In this document: piece by piece, positions 20,816-31,200 of the stretch | Position numbering within the stretch: position 1 is the stretch's first letter | Layout of the letters: the number at the start of each line of letters is the position of its first letter | Assembly: GCA_947460255.1 (NCBI GenBank) | Contig: CANHIS010000005.1 | Span: 6,884-70,883 of the forward strand | DNA length: 64,000 nt | DNA from: Bacteroidota bacterium | Lineage (GTDB): Bacteria; Bacteroidota; Bacteroidia; M30B66 | Direction of reading: 5' to 3' | Translations under genes and position numbers: made by a program | Notes under the pieces: model-generated | Databases searched by the model: none | What the model saw: the letters and a program-made list of their open reading frames with translations, nothing else | Told to the model about the DNA's origin: nothing

Positions 20816-21739
20816 TTACCGGAATTTTGGAAGAACAGATCTTCCTGACTTTAATCGGTATGTAAGTGTAATTGTACCGATCATATATGAATCTTTGTCG
20901 GTTGGGTCGCCACGTTGTTGCCCAGTAGCAGCCGACAAAGGAATATAATCGGGGCTGTTTGGGTTTGATCTGTTTGACAATTGAGCGGCAACCGGACCGT
21001 ATTTCTGTGAAATCAATGTAGGTGAGAAATAAGTAGTACTGACATCATCGATGTAATCTGTTGATGTTAAGCGAACGCCATATTCAAAACCGATTGTCCA
21101 GTTCTTATCCGAAAGCGGTAAACGGAAACCAATTCCGACTGGGAAGCATGCTTGAATTCTTTTGTAAGGTTCGCGAGATGCTGCGATGCCTTGACCTTCA
21201 GTACCAAGTGGTTGAAGAGCCCACCATTTACCTCCAAGTTTTGCTTGAGGATTAAAATAAAAACCTCCAATTCCACCGAAAATATAAATATTCAAGTCAA
21301 TTCCACTTTTCCCGCGCACACCACGAAGAACGTAACGGCTTTTTGTAGACTTCAATTGAAGAACAGAGATTTCTGCCTGTAAAGATGTTTCAAAAATTGG
21401 GGACTTAAAAGAAAGATTACGGTTTCGGCGGAAAGGTTCTTTTGTGAGAGAATCTCGACCAGCTACCATTGCGTATGTCAAGTTCAACTTGAATGATAAA
21501 ATCGGATTCTTTCTGTAACGGAAGCCCAAATGCACAGATGGCCGCGTTAAAATCATTTCAAGATCTCGGATACCATTTGTACCGATCATGTCTCGACCTC
21601 CCAATTCTCCAAGGAAATTTGAAAAACCTACTCCATAAACTGTTTCACTTCGATCTAAAAAACGCGTTTTCTTCCGTTGCGCTTGAAGGGCAATCGTGCT
21701 AAACGAAATAAATAATAAGAGTAAGACTAGTTTTTTCAT
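20816..21739 (-). CDS. outer-membrane beta-barrel protein, DUF6089-like (paralog B)
   Basis: Signal peptide MKKLVLLLLFISFSTIALQAQ. The conserved blocks WWALQPLGTEGQG, VSTTYFSP and TITLTYRL are shared with paralog A. Confidence 0.6.
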   Translation of the reverse strand: MKKLVLLLLFISFSTIALQAQRKKTRFLDRSETVYGVGFSNFLGELGGRDMIGTNGIRDLEMILTRPSVHLGFRYRKNPILSFKLNLTYAMVAGRDSLTKEPFRRNRNLSFKSPIFETSLQAEISVLQLKSTKSRYVLRGVRGKSGIDLNIYIFGGIGGFYFNPQAKLGGKWWALQPLGTEGQGIAASREPYKRIQACFPVGIGFRLPLSDKNWTIGFEYGVRLTSTDYIDDVSTTYFSPTLISQKYGPVAAQLSNRSNPNSPDYIPLSAATGQQRGDPTDKDSYMIGTITLTYRLKSGRSVLPKFR

Positions 21740-21823
21740 CAGGTGGAAATTCCAGATCGAGCAAATATACCCAAATAAAGTAAAAATACTACACGATAAT
21801 TTACTCGAACAAAACTCCTAAGG

Positions 21824-22699
21824 TTAATTGCGCTTGTCGTTACCCCACATAAGTTTCTCGCGAATGGTATCGAGAAACTCGAAGCCATCTCGACGAACGA
21901 GCTTGATTGAAAAAGGAGCTTTCCGAATCTCCAATTCCTGATTGGCAGCAATGGGCGCGGATCGAGAATCCAATGAAACCATGATTTCTTTTCCTCTAAC
22001 TTCCGACTTGATCGTCAACAAATCTTCATCAGAAATTACCAATGGCCTTACATTCAAATTGTGCGGTGCAATGGGAGTTAAAATGAAGTTCTTCGAGCTT
22101 GGTAACATAATCGGCCCTCCACAAGACAACGAATAACCGGTTGAGCCTGTAGCAGTGCTCACTATTAATCCGTCGGCCCAATAGTGATTCAACATATCTC
22201 CGTTGCGCTTTACCTGAAGAGTCACCATCGATGAGCTGTCTTTTTTGTGCAGAGTAGCTTCATTTAAAGCGTAAGGAAATGCAGCAAACGGATTCGGTTC
22301 TGTAATTAACTCTAACAAAGTTCGATCTTCCACAAACAATTTGTTTTTGCCAATCAAGGCAATAGCTTGCGGAATTTCATCTTTCGAAAAGGCTGTTAAA
22401 AATCCTAACCTTCCTGTATTAATCCCCATTAATGGAATGCCGGAGTTTCGAACGTGGGTTATCGCTTCCAATAAGGTTCCGTCGCCACCAATGGTAATCA
22501 TCAAACGGCAATTTACAGGGGCTTTAGCAGAATTGAATGTTTCAACTTTTATTTCCTTTGAAAAAAGGTTTTTAGTTTGCTGATAAAATGGCTCATAAAT
22601 TACCAATTGCGCACCGAGCTCCAGAAGAGATTGATACAATTCCTTCACTGGAGCATTTCTGCTCTCACTAAAAGTTCTTCCAAAAATGGCTATACGCAT
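21824..22699 (-). CDS. nadK: NAD(+) kinase
   Basis: GGDGTLL motif and the NxGxLGFL and DGxxxSTxxGSTGYSxSxGGP motifs. Start set at the ATG for MRIAIFGR (22699). An 11-codon upstream extension to 22732 is possible. Confidence 0.9.
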   Translation of the reverse strand: MRIAIFGRTFSESRNAPVKELYQSLLELGAQLVIYEPFYQQTKNLFSKEIKVETFNSAKAPVNCRLMITIGGDGTLLEAITHVRNSGIPLMGINTGRLGFLTAFSKDEIPQAIALIGKNKLFVEDRTLLELITEPNPFAAFPYALNEATLHKKDSSSMVTLQVKRNGDMLNHYWADGLIVSTATGSTGYSLSCGGPIMLPSSKNFILTPIAPHNLNVRPLVISDEDLLTIKSEVRGKEIMVSLDSRSAPIAANQELEIRKAPFSIKLVRRDGFEFLDTIREKLMWGNDKRN

Positions 22700-22748
22700 A
22701 CCTCGCGATTGGTGAGCGAAGATAGAAAGCAATTCCGAAATGGTGGAA

Positions 22749-23411
22749 TTACATATTTATGTAGTTCATAAACATATCGAAGCGCGTGCGCAGATCTTCC
22801 GAAAACTCACTTTGTTGAAAGGTTGCCTTTACTTGAATATTGTACCGAACAAATGAAGCAATAATCGATCGGATATCTTCACGATTTACCTTTATTGTAA
22901 GCTCAACCTTGGTTGTATCTTCATTGTTATCAAGGCTTAAGCTAAGGATTTTACTATCATTCTCCTCTACAATTCTTGAAATTTGAGCAAGACTATAATC
23001 GTTCTGGTTTAACTCCAACACAATAATTCCGCCTGGATTTTGAACCGCAGTTGTTGCTGCAAAGTGCTCCACCAAACTACGTAAGCTAATGTTTCCAAGG
23101 TAATTGTTGCTCGAATCTAAAACTGGAACCAACGTTAAATTCATTTTTGCAACCAATTTTAACACTTCAAAAATGTGCTCTGTTGCATAAACGAATGGCC
23201 TAATCAAAGTAAGCGTGTGGTTTCCAAGTGATTCTTCTGGAGCATTTAAATCTAAAATGTCGGTATCTGAAACCAATCCCAAAAACTCATGATGGTTAAC
23301 GATCGGTAGATGCGAAACCCTAAATTCATCCATCCAATGCAAGGCTTTTATACCTGAATCGGATGTCTTAAGTGGTGGAATTGTGTCGGTGATTAATTCT
23401 TCTGCTAACAT
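22749..23411 (-). CDS. CBS domain pair-containing protein
   Basis: 220 aa with two CBS-like units (HLPIVNHHEFLGLVSDTDIL; LVPVLDSSNNYLGNISLRSLV). Confidence 0.8.
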   Translation of the reverse strand: MLAEELITDTIPPLKTSDSGIKALHWMDEFRVSHLPIVNHHEFLGLVSDTDILDLNAPEESLGNHTLTLIRPFVYATEHIFEVLKLVAKMNLTLVPVLDSSNNYLGNISLRSLVEHFAATTAVQNPGGIIVLELNQNDYSLAQISRIVEENDSKILSLSLDNNEDTTKVELTIKVNREDIRSIIASFVRYNIQVKATFQQSEFSEDLRTRFDMFMNYINM

Positions 23412-23545
23412 TTTCTTCTGCCTCGGTGATCAAATAACGTGAATGCAGGTTTTTTGTTTCCCCTAGTTCCACAAACCTATGTAATTCTGCTTAACACAGC
23501 AACCGTCCTCGATGCTTTTGTAGCTTTGTCGAAAATACTTTCAAG

Positions 23546-24259
23546 ATGGTTAGTTTGAGTGTTAATCTGAATAAGATCGCCCTGATTAGAAATTCAAGAG
23601 GCGGCAATACACCTGATGTGCTCACTGCTGCGCGCGCTGCTGAATCCTTTGGTGCAAATGGGATCACTTTGCATCCTCGGCCCGACCAACGTCATGCTAC
23701 ATATAAAGATGTTGAAAATCTCAAACAAATTATAAAAACCGAACTTAATGTGGAAGGTTATCCATCTCGCGAATTCATGGATATTGTTTGTAATGTAAAG
23801 CCTCACCAAGTAACCCTAGTGCCCGACCCGCCAGATGCGCTAACTTCTAACGCTGGCTGGAATACCATAGAACATGGGGCGATGCTCACCGAAATTGTAG
23901 CAGAGCTAAAAAGCCATGGAATCCGAACTTCCATTTTCATGGACACCGATCTTTCGCTCTACGAATCTGCAGCTTCCACCGGAACCGATCGAATAGAACT
24001 ATACACAGAAGCCTACGCGCGCTTATATCCCGAAAGTCCTGAAAAAGCTGTTCAACCCTACAAAGACGCTGCGGCACGCGCACACGCTTTGGGTTTAGGC
24101 GTAAACGCCGGACATGACCTCAACAGCCTCAATCTTCGGTATTTTGCCACAGAAGTTCCATATTTAATGGAAGTATCCATCGGACATGCCTTGGTTTCGG
24201 AAGCCCTGTACCTAGGATTAGAAAAAACAATTCACTTATATCTCGCCCAATTGAAATGA
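23546..24259 (+). CDS. pdxJ: pyridoxine 5'-phosphate synthase
   Basis: LSVNLNKIALIRNSRGGNTPDV N-terminus, TIM-barrel PdxJ motifs, 237 aa. Confidence 0.95.
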   Translation: MVSLSVNLNKIALIRNSRGGNTPDVLTAARAAESFGANGITLHPRPDQRHATYKDVENLKQIIKTELNVEGYPSREFMDIVCNVKPHQVTLVPDPPDALTSNAGWNTIEHGAMLTEIVAELKSHGIRTSIFMDTDLSLYESAASTGTDRIELYTEAYARLYPESPEKAVQPYKDAAARAHALGLGVNAGHDLNSLNLRYFATEVPYLMEVSIGHALVSEALYLGLEKTIHLYLAQLK

Positions 24260-25017
24260 AGCTATTCTTCAGAAAATTCGGGGAAAATAATCGTCCATTG
24301 GTAATTCTTCATGGACTGTTTGGGCAATCCGACAACTGGACAACCTTGGCAAGGGCTTGGTCAGAAAAGTTTTCGGTGTACACCATAGACCAGCGAAACC
24401 ATGGCCAATCGCCTCAAGCAGAAGATTTCAACTACGAACTCATGGCGGATGATCTGAAAGAAACTTTAGACGCTGAAAACCTTGAAACGATCGACCTCAT
24501 TGGGCATTCGATGGGTGGAAAAACTGCCATGTTTTTCGCGATGAAATATCCGCAGTACCTGCGAAAAATGATTATTGCAGATATTGGTCCGCGCTACTAC
24601 ACACCGCATCACCAAGAAATTCTGGCTGCACTAAACGGAATCGATACCGCTGCATTGCCCGATAGAGCAACTGCAGAAAAAATCATGACCGAAAAAATTC
24701 CCGATTTGGGAACCCGTCAGTTTCTCTTGAAAAATCTTTACAGAAAAGAAGCTGGTGGATTTGATTGGCGCTTTAACCTAAAATCCATCACAAAAAATAT
24801 CGAAAATGTTGGCACAGCAGTACCTCCAGAGCAAATTCATGTGGAAACCCTTTTTCTACGCGGAGGCAACAGTCGTTACATAATACCTGAAGATTGGAAT
24901 AACATTCACATCCAGTTTCCGAATTCCAAACTCGAAACCATCGAAAATGCTGGACATTGGTTACATGCTGAGAAACCACAACAATTCAGTGAGCTTGTTC
25001 AGGAATTTTTAGGATAA
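24256..25017 (+). CDS. alpha/beta-fold hydrolase
   Basis: HGLFGQSDNW, and the nucleophile elbow GHSMGG. The start overlaps the pdxJ stop (ATGA). Confidence 0.8.
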   Translation: MKLFFRKFGENNRPLVILHGLFGQSDNWTTLARAWSEKFSVYTIDQRNHGQSPQAEDFNYELMADDLKETLDAENLETIDLIGHSMGGKTAMFFAMKYPQYLRKMIIADIGPRYYTPHHQEILAALNGIDTAALPDRATAEKIMTEKIPDLGTRQFLLKNLYRKEAGGFDWRFNLKSITKNIENVGTAVPPEQIHVETLFLRGGNSRYIIPEDWNNIHIQFPNSKLETIENAGHWLHAEKPQQFSELVQEFLG

Positions 25018-25061
25018 ATAGGAAATTCAATAGCTTGATCGGAAATCCTTAGTTTTGCAGC

Positions 25062-26057
25062 ATGGAAACAGTTGTTAGCGGAATCAGAAGTACAGGCAAT
25101 CTTCATTTGGGGAATTATTTCGGTGCCATTCGGAACTTTATCAAAATGCAGCATGAACACAAGTGCTACTTTTTCATCGCCGACATGCACGCGCTAACAA
25201 CACATCCCAAAGCAGATCACTTCAAAGAAAGCGTTAGGAATGTGTTGGTTGAATACCTCGCAGCGGGCATCGATCCAGAAGTGGCTACAATTTATATTCA
25301 AAGTGATGTGCCACAAATTCCTGAGTTGTACTTGCTGATGAACATGTATGCTTATGTTGGGGAACTTGAACGGTGCACTTCTTTCAAAGACAAAATCCGC
25401 AAGCATTCAGAAAATGTAAATGCGGGACTCCTCACCTACCCTGTGTTGATGGCTGCGGATATTATTATCCACAAGGCCACCAAAGTACCTGTCGGGAAAG
25501 ACCAAGAACAACACTTGGAAATGGCCAGGAATTTCGTGAACCGATTTAATCATCTCTACGAAAAAGACGTTTTTCCTGAACCATTCGCTTACAATTTTGG
25601 GAACGAATTGGTGAAAGTTCCAGGTTTGGACGGCAATGGTAAAATGGGCAAAAGTGAAGGGGAAGGCAATGCCGTTTTCCTAGCAGACTCTCCGGAAGTG
25701 TTGCGCAAAAAAGTGATGCGCGCGGTAACGGATGGCGGTCCAACAGAATCAAACCAAGAAAAGCCCGAAGCCATTAGAAACCTTTTTCAATTGATGAGCT
25801 TGGTGAGTTCCAACGACACCATCCAGCACTTCGAAAACACTTGGAACAATTGCACCATTCGCTACGGCGACATGAAAAAGCAATTGGCAGAAGACATGAT
25901 TCTTTTCACCGATCCAATCCGTGAACGTATCAAGGAAATTTCTTCAAATGAAGATTACTTGAAAAAAGTGATCCGCGAAGGAGGCGAAAAGGCCCGAGAA
26001 AGTGCCAAAAAAACACTTTCAGAAGTTCGTTCAATTATAGGCTTTACAAATTACTAA
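25062..26057 (+). CDS. trpS: tryptophan--tRNA ligase
   Basis: Class I HIGH-like region (SGIRSTGNLHLGNYFGA) and KMGKS (the KMSKS motif). 331 aa. Confidence 0.97.
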   Translation: METVVSGIRSTGNLHLGNYFGAIRNFIKMQHEHKCYFFIADMHALTTHPKADHFKESVRNVLVEYLAAGIDPEVATIYIQSDVPQIPELYLLMNMYAYVGELERCTSFKDKIRKHSENVNAGLLTYPVLMAADIIIHKATKVPVGKDQEQHLEMARNFVNRFNHLYEKDVFPEPFAYNFGNELVKVPGLDGNGKMGKSEGEGNAVFLADSPEVLRKKVMRAVTDGGPTESNQEKPEAIRNLFQLMSLVSSNDTIQHFENTWNNCTIRYGDMKKQLAEDMILFTDPIRERIKEISSNEDYLKKVIREGGEKARESAKKTLSEVRSIIGFTNY

Positions 26058-26551
26058 TGGCAGAATCGATTTTCATTTCAGCCGATTTGAAGAATAAAGC
26101 CGCTGTTTTCAATGAGCTTGTTCCTCAAATTGAAGCGCTTCTGTCAGGCGAAAACAACGAAATTGCCACATTGGCGAATGTAGCCGCAGCGATTCAACAA
26201 GTGTTTCATCACCATTGGACAGGCTTTTACATAGTACGAGGCAATGAACTTGTTTTAGGCCCCTTCCAAGGTCCAATTGCTTGCACACGAATCGCATTTG
26301 GTCGTGGTGTGTGCGGAAGCGCTTGGAAGGAAAAACGCACGTTCGTTGTAGATAATGTTGAAGAATTTCCCGGCCATATTGCTTGTTCGGCCTTGTCGAA
26401 ATCAGAAATCGTAGTTCCTGTTATTCACGCAAACGGCCAAGTTGCTGCTGTGCTCGATATCGATAGCGAGTTTCTTGCTGCCTTCGATGATAACGACCGA
26501 GAAGGACTTGAAAAAATTTGCTCACTCATCTCCAAGCTCATTTACGCGTGA
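26057..26551 (+). CDS. GAF domain protein (free methionine-(R)-sulfoxide reductase MsrC/YebR-like)
   Basis: 164 aa single GAF fold with the conserved CGSAW and Cys-rich centre. The start overlaps the trpS stop (TAATG). Confidence 0.7.
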   Translation: MAESIFISADLKNKAAVFNELVPQIEALLSGENNEIATLANVAAAIQQVFHHHWTGFYIVRGNELVLGPFQGPIACTRIAFGRGVCGSAWKEKRTFVVDNVEEFPGHIACSALSKSEIVVPVIHANGQVAAVLDIDSEFLAAFDDNDREGLEKICSLISKLIYA

Positions 26552-28209
26552 AACAACTCTTGGCAGCCATTGCCTTATTGGTTTTAGCCGCCTGCGCGAG
26601 TCGGGTACCGCCTAATGGTGGTGATGTGGATAAAAACCCACCCGAGGTAATTGCTTCAACTCCTCCACAAGGCACCACGAACTTCAACGGCGACAAACTC
26701 ACACTTGAGTTCAACGAGTATATTGAATTAAAAGACGGCGGCACTGGCATCATCATTTCGCCTCCTATGCAAACTCCGCCGGAGGTTACAATGAAAGGCA
26801 AAACGGTTACCTTGAAATTCAAGCAAAAACCCGACGAAAACACTACATACAATGTAACTTTTGGAAAATCGGTAACCGATCTAACCGAAGGGAATCAGTT
26901 GGTCGAATATCCTTTCGTGTTCTCCACTGGTGAGGTACTCGATTCGTTCCAGATTTCTGGCTATTTGGTTGATGCTTACACCAATCAAGCAGTAAAAGAC
27001 GGCTTGGTTTTACTTTACACGTCGATAGAAGATAGTCTTCCTTTCACTTCACTGCCACGGTATTTTGCAAGAAGCAACGCATCTGGAATATACACAGTGA
27101 GAAATATTAGACCTGGCAGTTATCGAATACTAGCACTTGCGGATGGAAACAGTGATTATAAATTTACCCTTCCGGAGGAAAAAATAGCATTCGGAAACGA
27201 CTTGATCGAGCTCACTGAATCGAATACTCCGATCCCTGAATTTCGCATGTTTAGCGCTCGTCCAAAGTTGCAGAAGCTGCTCAAGAAAAAATTCGAGGCT
27301 CCTGGGAAGGTTTTTATAAAGTACGCCATTCCTCCCGATCGTTGGGATGTAAAGCCATACGAATCGGAGATCGAAGGAAAGTTATTGTACGACTTCAAGC
27401 CAGGAATAGACTCGATGGAAGTTTGGATTCCTGGAAAACCGCTCGACACTTTGAAATTGATTTCGACAGTTTCACTAGGCGACAGTTTAAGATACGACAC
27501 CTTGATTTTCAATGCTAAAAGAATGAGTGAAAGTCGCGGAGGAAAAGGTTCTTCTCGAAAATCTGCACCAGATACTAGTTTAAAAATTAGTGTTGAAAGT
27601 TTCGCTGGAAAACTAAAATCATTGGATAGTATTCTTATAAAATTTTCGGCTCCTGTGTTGGAAGACGGGGGTTCAGCAATGCGATTTCTATTACCGAAAG
27701 ACACCATTGGAGTTCCTGCCGGAAAATGGTCGGCCAATCGTATGACTTACACATTGGCCCTTCCTCCTAAGCAGATGGAATTTACACTCATGATTCCGAA
27801 AGGGAACTTCCAAGATCTGTTTGGCAGGAAAAACGACACAACAATGTTGAAGTTGAGCTTATTTACTGAAGAGGAATTAGGAAACCTCGATTTCACCTTT
27901 AAAAACGACAGCCTAAATGGAAACTTTGTACTGGAGATGCTCGACAAGGCAGGCAAAGTTGTAGAACGTCGCAGTGTTTTGAAAACCGAATTGATCAAGT
28001 TCAAAGGGATGTCGCCAGGAGCTTACAACTTTAGATTAATTGAGGACCTGAACAAAGATGGTCGTTGGACCTCTGGCGACCTAGATTTACGCAGGCAGCC
28101 CGAAAAAATGTACTACATGGCTTCGCCAATCAACATGCGTGCGGGTTGGGACATGGACATTGAGTGGAATCCTTGGAAGAAATCTAGTGGAGGAGTGAAG
28201 CCACAATAG
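26548..28209 (+). CDS. lipoprotein with Ig-like (Big/SbsA-like) domain, function unknown
   Basis: GTG start overlapping the upstream stop (GTGA). The lipobox is LAAC followed by Ala. The beta-rich body fits bacterial Ig-like domains (GDKLTLEFNEYIELK…TTYNVTFGKSVTDL). The ORF track TTG start at 26518 is rejected because it lies inside the upstream gene. Confidence 0.55.
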   Translation: MKQLLAAIALLVLAACASRVPPNGGDVDKNPPEVIASTPPQGTTNFNGDKLTLEFNEYIELKDGGTGIIISPPMQTPPEVTMKGKTVTLKFKQKPDENTTYNVTFGKSVTDLTEGNQLVEYPFVFSTGEVLDSFQISGYLVDAYTNQAVKDGLVLLYTSIEDSLPFTSLPRYFARSNASGIYTVRNIRPGSYRILALADGNSDYKFTLPEEKIAFGNDLIELTESNTPIPEFRMFSARPKLQKLLKKKFEAPGKVFIKYAIPPDRWDVKPYESEIEGKLLYDFKPGIDSMEVWIPGKPLDTLKLISTVSLGDSLRYDTLIFNAKRMSESRGGKGSSRKSAPDTSLKISVESFAGKLKSLDSILIKFSAPVLEDGGSAMRFLLPKDTIGVPAGKWSANRMTYTLALPPKQMEFTLMIPKGNFQDLFGRKNDTTMLKLSLFTEEELGNLDFTFKNDSLNGNFVLEMLDKAGKVVERRSVLKTELIKFKGMSPGAYNFRLIEDLNKDGRWTSGDLDLRRQPEKMYYMASPINMRAGWDMDIEWNPWKKSSGGVKPQ

Positions 28210-28210
28210 T

Positions 28211-31200
28211 TTAAGGCTGAATGCTTACTCTGAATGTTTTTATTAAACTTCCTGCTTGCAACCTGAATAAATATACACCTGCAGAAATCCCTGTTGGTAC
28301 ATCAACCGATGTGGCTTCATTTTCGGTAACATTCAAGTTTCCTGAATCAACTGTTCGGCCCGAAATGTCTAACCATGTGAAGGAATAAGCGCCTTTTTCG
28401 ATTCCTCTGATTTGTAAAATTGAATTTGTAGGATTAGGGAACAAGACTGTGGACTGGCTGACTTCCAAGGTGTTAGTGGCAGTATTGTCGTCGCTTGGCG
28501 GCAGCACAATGAAATCGATCCATGCAGCATCCATGTTTGAAGTAAACACATCATCTTTTCTGTACACCCAAGTAAAATTGTGCTCACCAGGAAGAACTGA
28601 GTAAGAAAATTCTGCCCAATTCAGTTCTCCCGACCATTCTGCCTGCAGCGCTCCATCGATATAAAACTGAAGAAAATCGTAACCGTCTTCAGAAGATACT
28701 TTTCTATGAAACCGAATTTCTCCCGGTTCAGAAACTATATAATCCAAAACGAGTTCCGATAATTCGTTGTGGTTGATTGCTCCAGAGCGAAGACTATTTT
28801 GACCTTCGAAAGCGGTTGAGTTGTCGTTAAACCATGGAGAATCGCTTACATTGTTCCAAGGGAATTGTGTAAAACCTCCCGATTCTGCATCTTCGATAAT
28901 AGCACCAATGAGCAAATCGAAACTAAACGTTGCAGAATATGCACCGAACGTTGCAGTGTACTGGAAGTTTTCAGTTTGACTGCGTGGAAACTCAGGTGAA
29001 ATCAATAGATCAAAACTTACCGTTTGATTCGCTGCTGGATCAATTGTAGCTGTATTTCCAGAGTTTGCTTGCTGTTGAATTTGAGGCGACGTGAAAGCTA
29101 AATTTGGCAAACCTATCGAACTTGTGCTAGAACCATTGTTGAGATTCGACAAAGAAATTCTCACCAGTTCACCTGGATCGGGACGGCCGTTGTTGTTTCC
29201 ATTGAGTTCTAGAAATTGATAAGAAGGAACAACCATGGAAGGTGCATGCAAAATTACTGGAACATTTACGGTCCAATTATTTCCGCTGCCATCATCCAAG
29301 TTTACTTGGAAAATAACTTGCGTTTGGTCAGGAACACCATCCAAGATACTGAACTCGAAGCAAGATGTAGAAACATATTCATCAGTATTTTGGAGTTCGA
29401 AATTGCAGATCATTTCTGGATTTGAGAGGCTCACCCAAGGTGAATTTTCTGAAATTGCACCTGTTACTTCAGCAGTTAGTGGCAACCCAATATTCTGAGC
29501 AGTAACCTTTAACTGAGCAGTTTCATTGTAATCGGCCAATGCATTGTTGTTCCCCGTTTGGTCGATGATTTCTGATTGTTGGTAAACCAAATAAGGTGCA
29601 TTGGGTGGTTGAACTTCAATACTTCCGAGATAAGGTGCGTAGTTGAATGCAGTGCCTGTAACTTGGATGAGCTCAACAGACGAGAGTGGTTCGAATTCCA
29701 AAACACAAGATCCCCCAGAAATCAAACCAGTTGCGAGAATGATTCCGCTTTGAACCAAGGCAATACGTGTATTCTCGACATTCGAATAAACGGTAACGCT
29801 ACTTTCACCAATGATAAGTGATGTAGGATGAGTAACCTCCAGTATTTGAGGCGCTCGGGTGCGCACATGCAAAGATGGATCACCGAAAATATGCCAAGTG
29901 TCAGTTATTTCGTCGCCAGCAGCTCCATACTCATCATTCATCAACATGCATCCACTTAAGCTAATAGAGCCAAAAGTTCGGCCTTGGTTGGATTGATTTA
30001 GACCAGCCAAAATATCTACCATTTCATCTTGTGCCGACATGGGCGGATTCCAACTTTGGTTAATTGACGACATGAAAACTGTGGCAGCTCCAGTTGGGGT
30101 ATTTCCTTGTCTAGCGCGTAACCAAGCTTCTCCGAAACAAGTGCCATTGTCGAATTCTCCATTTACACAAGCCACCGACCAGATCACTGGCAATTTGCCT
30201 GCATTGTCGAGTTGTGTGATTTCGTTGTTGCTAAAGCCCGATGAACTGAAACTTTGCGACGATCCATGGCCTGTGTATAGAATTAAACCTGTGCCTGCGT
30301 CGATTGCACTAGCAATATCTGATGGGGTTGGATTTCCTTCTCCATCGACATCACCTTGAGAGCCATCAAAAAACTCGTTGGCTGAACTATAAGTAAAGTT
30401 GAGCAAATCAGCTTCCATGTTTCTGATGTGCTCATAATCGAGTTCATTGTCATCGCCTGGACCTTCATTTGACGCAATTCCAGTTACATTTTCAAAGTGA
30501 TTTCCCGCTGTTGCTTGCTCGTATTGAAGAGCCTTTTGAACTTGAATCTCTACATCTGCAATACTTTCGGCAGAAAATCTTCCAATAAAAACTTCTGGAT
30601 ACGCGTCATCTCCTTCTACATATCCATAGCTTGGATCAGATTTGCCGCCGCTCCTTGTTGGAGAGGGGATTTGAGCGATGTCGCCGACTAAAACCACGTA
30701 TTTCAGTCCATTTTGGTAACGTTCTGCAATGGCATTTTGAATAGCAGCTTCAGAACCAAGCGTGGCATAACTAATTGTTTCAACCTGCATGCCTGTAGCT
30801 TTCTTCCAAGCGATAAAAGGTTGCATGGCTGGCATAAATGCTGGATGTGAAATAATGAGCATTTTACCCCAATGGGTAGGCACTTCGTAGCGATCAACTG
30901 GAAAATTTAGAAAGTGTTTCTGTTGAATTTGTTGATCCTCCACAAGTGGAATTCTCGGAACAGATACTGTTCTCTCATTGATTCCTTGGGCCTCTACTCT
31001 ACAACCTATTGTTGCCGTTATTTCATGGTAAATGCGAAGGGTTTGGGTAACGGGATTGTATCGAAAAGGCTGAAAAAGTAAGGTTACTCCACGAACACCT
31101 GAAAGAATGTAGGGATCACGAAGTTCAACTTCCCCGGCAGGGAAAAATGCATTTTCAAGATATTTTGCTCCGTTTGTCCTAAGAAAGTTGGCAGGATTCT

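Noticed and set aside
21739-21951. 70-aa minus ORF bridging the DUF6089 paralog and nadK
   Set aside because: It overlaps the nadK 3' end in another frame. Its translation is low-complexity hydrophobic, and it has no support.
28207-28213. Possible missing terminator or assembly problem where the Ig-like lipoprotein gene (+) and C25 peptidase gene (-) stops are 1 nt apart
   Set aside because: Both reading frames are intact through their conserved C-termini, including a full T9SS CTD on the minus gene. Tight convergent spacing is plausible in a compact genome.
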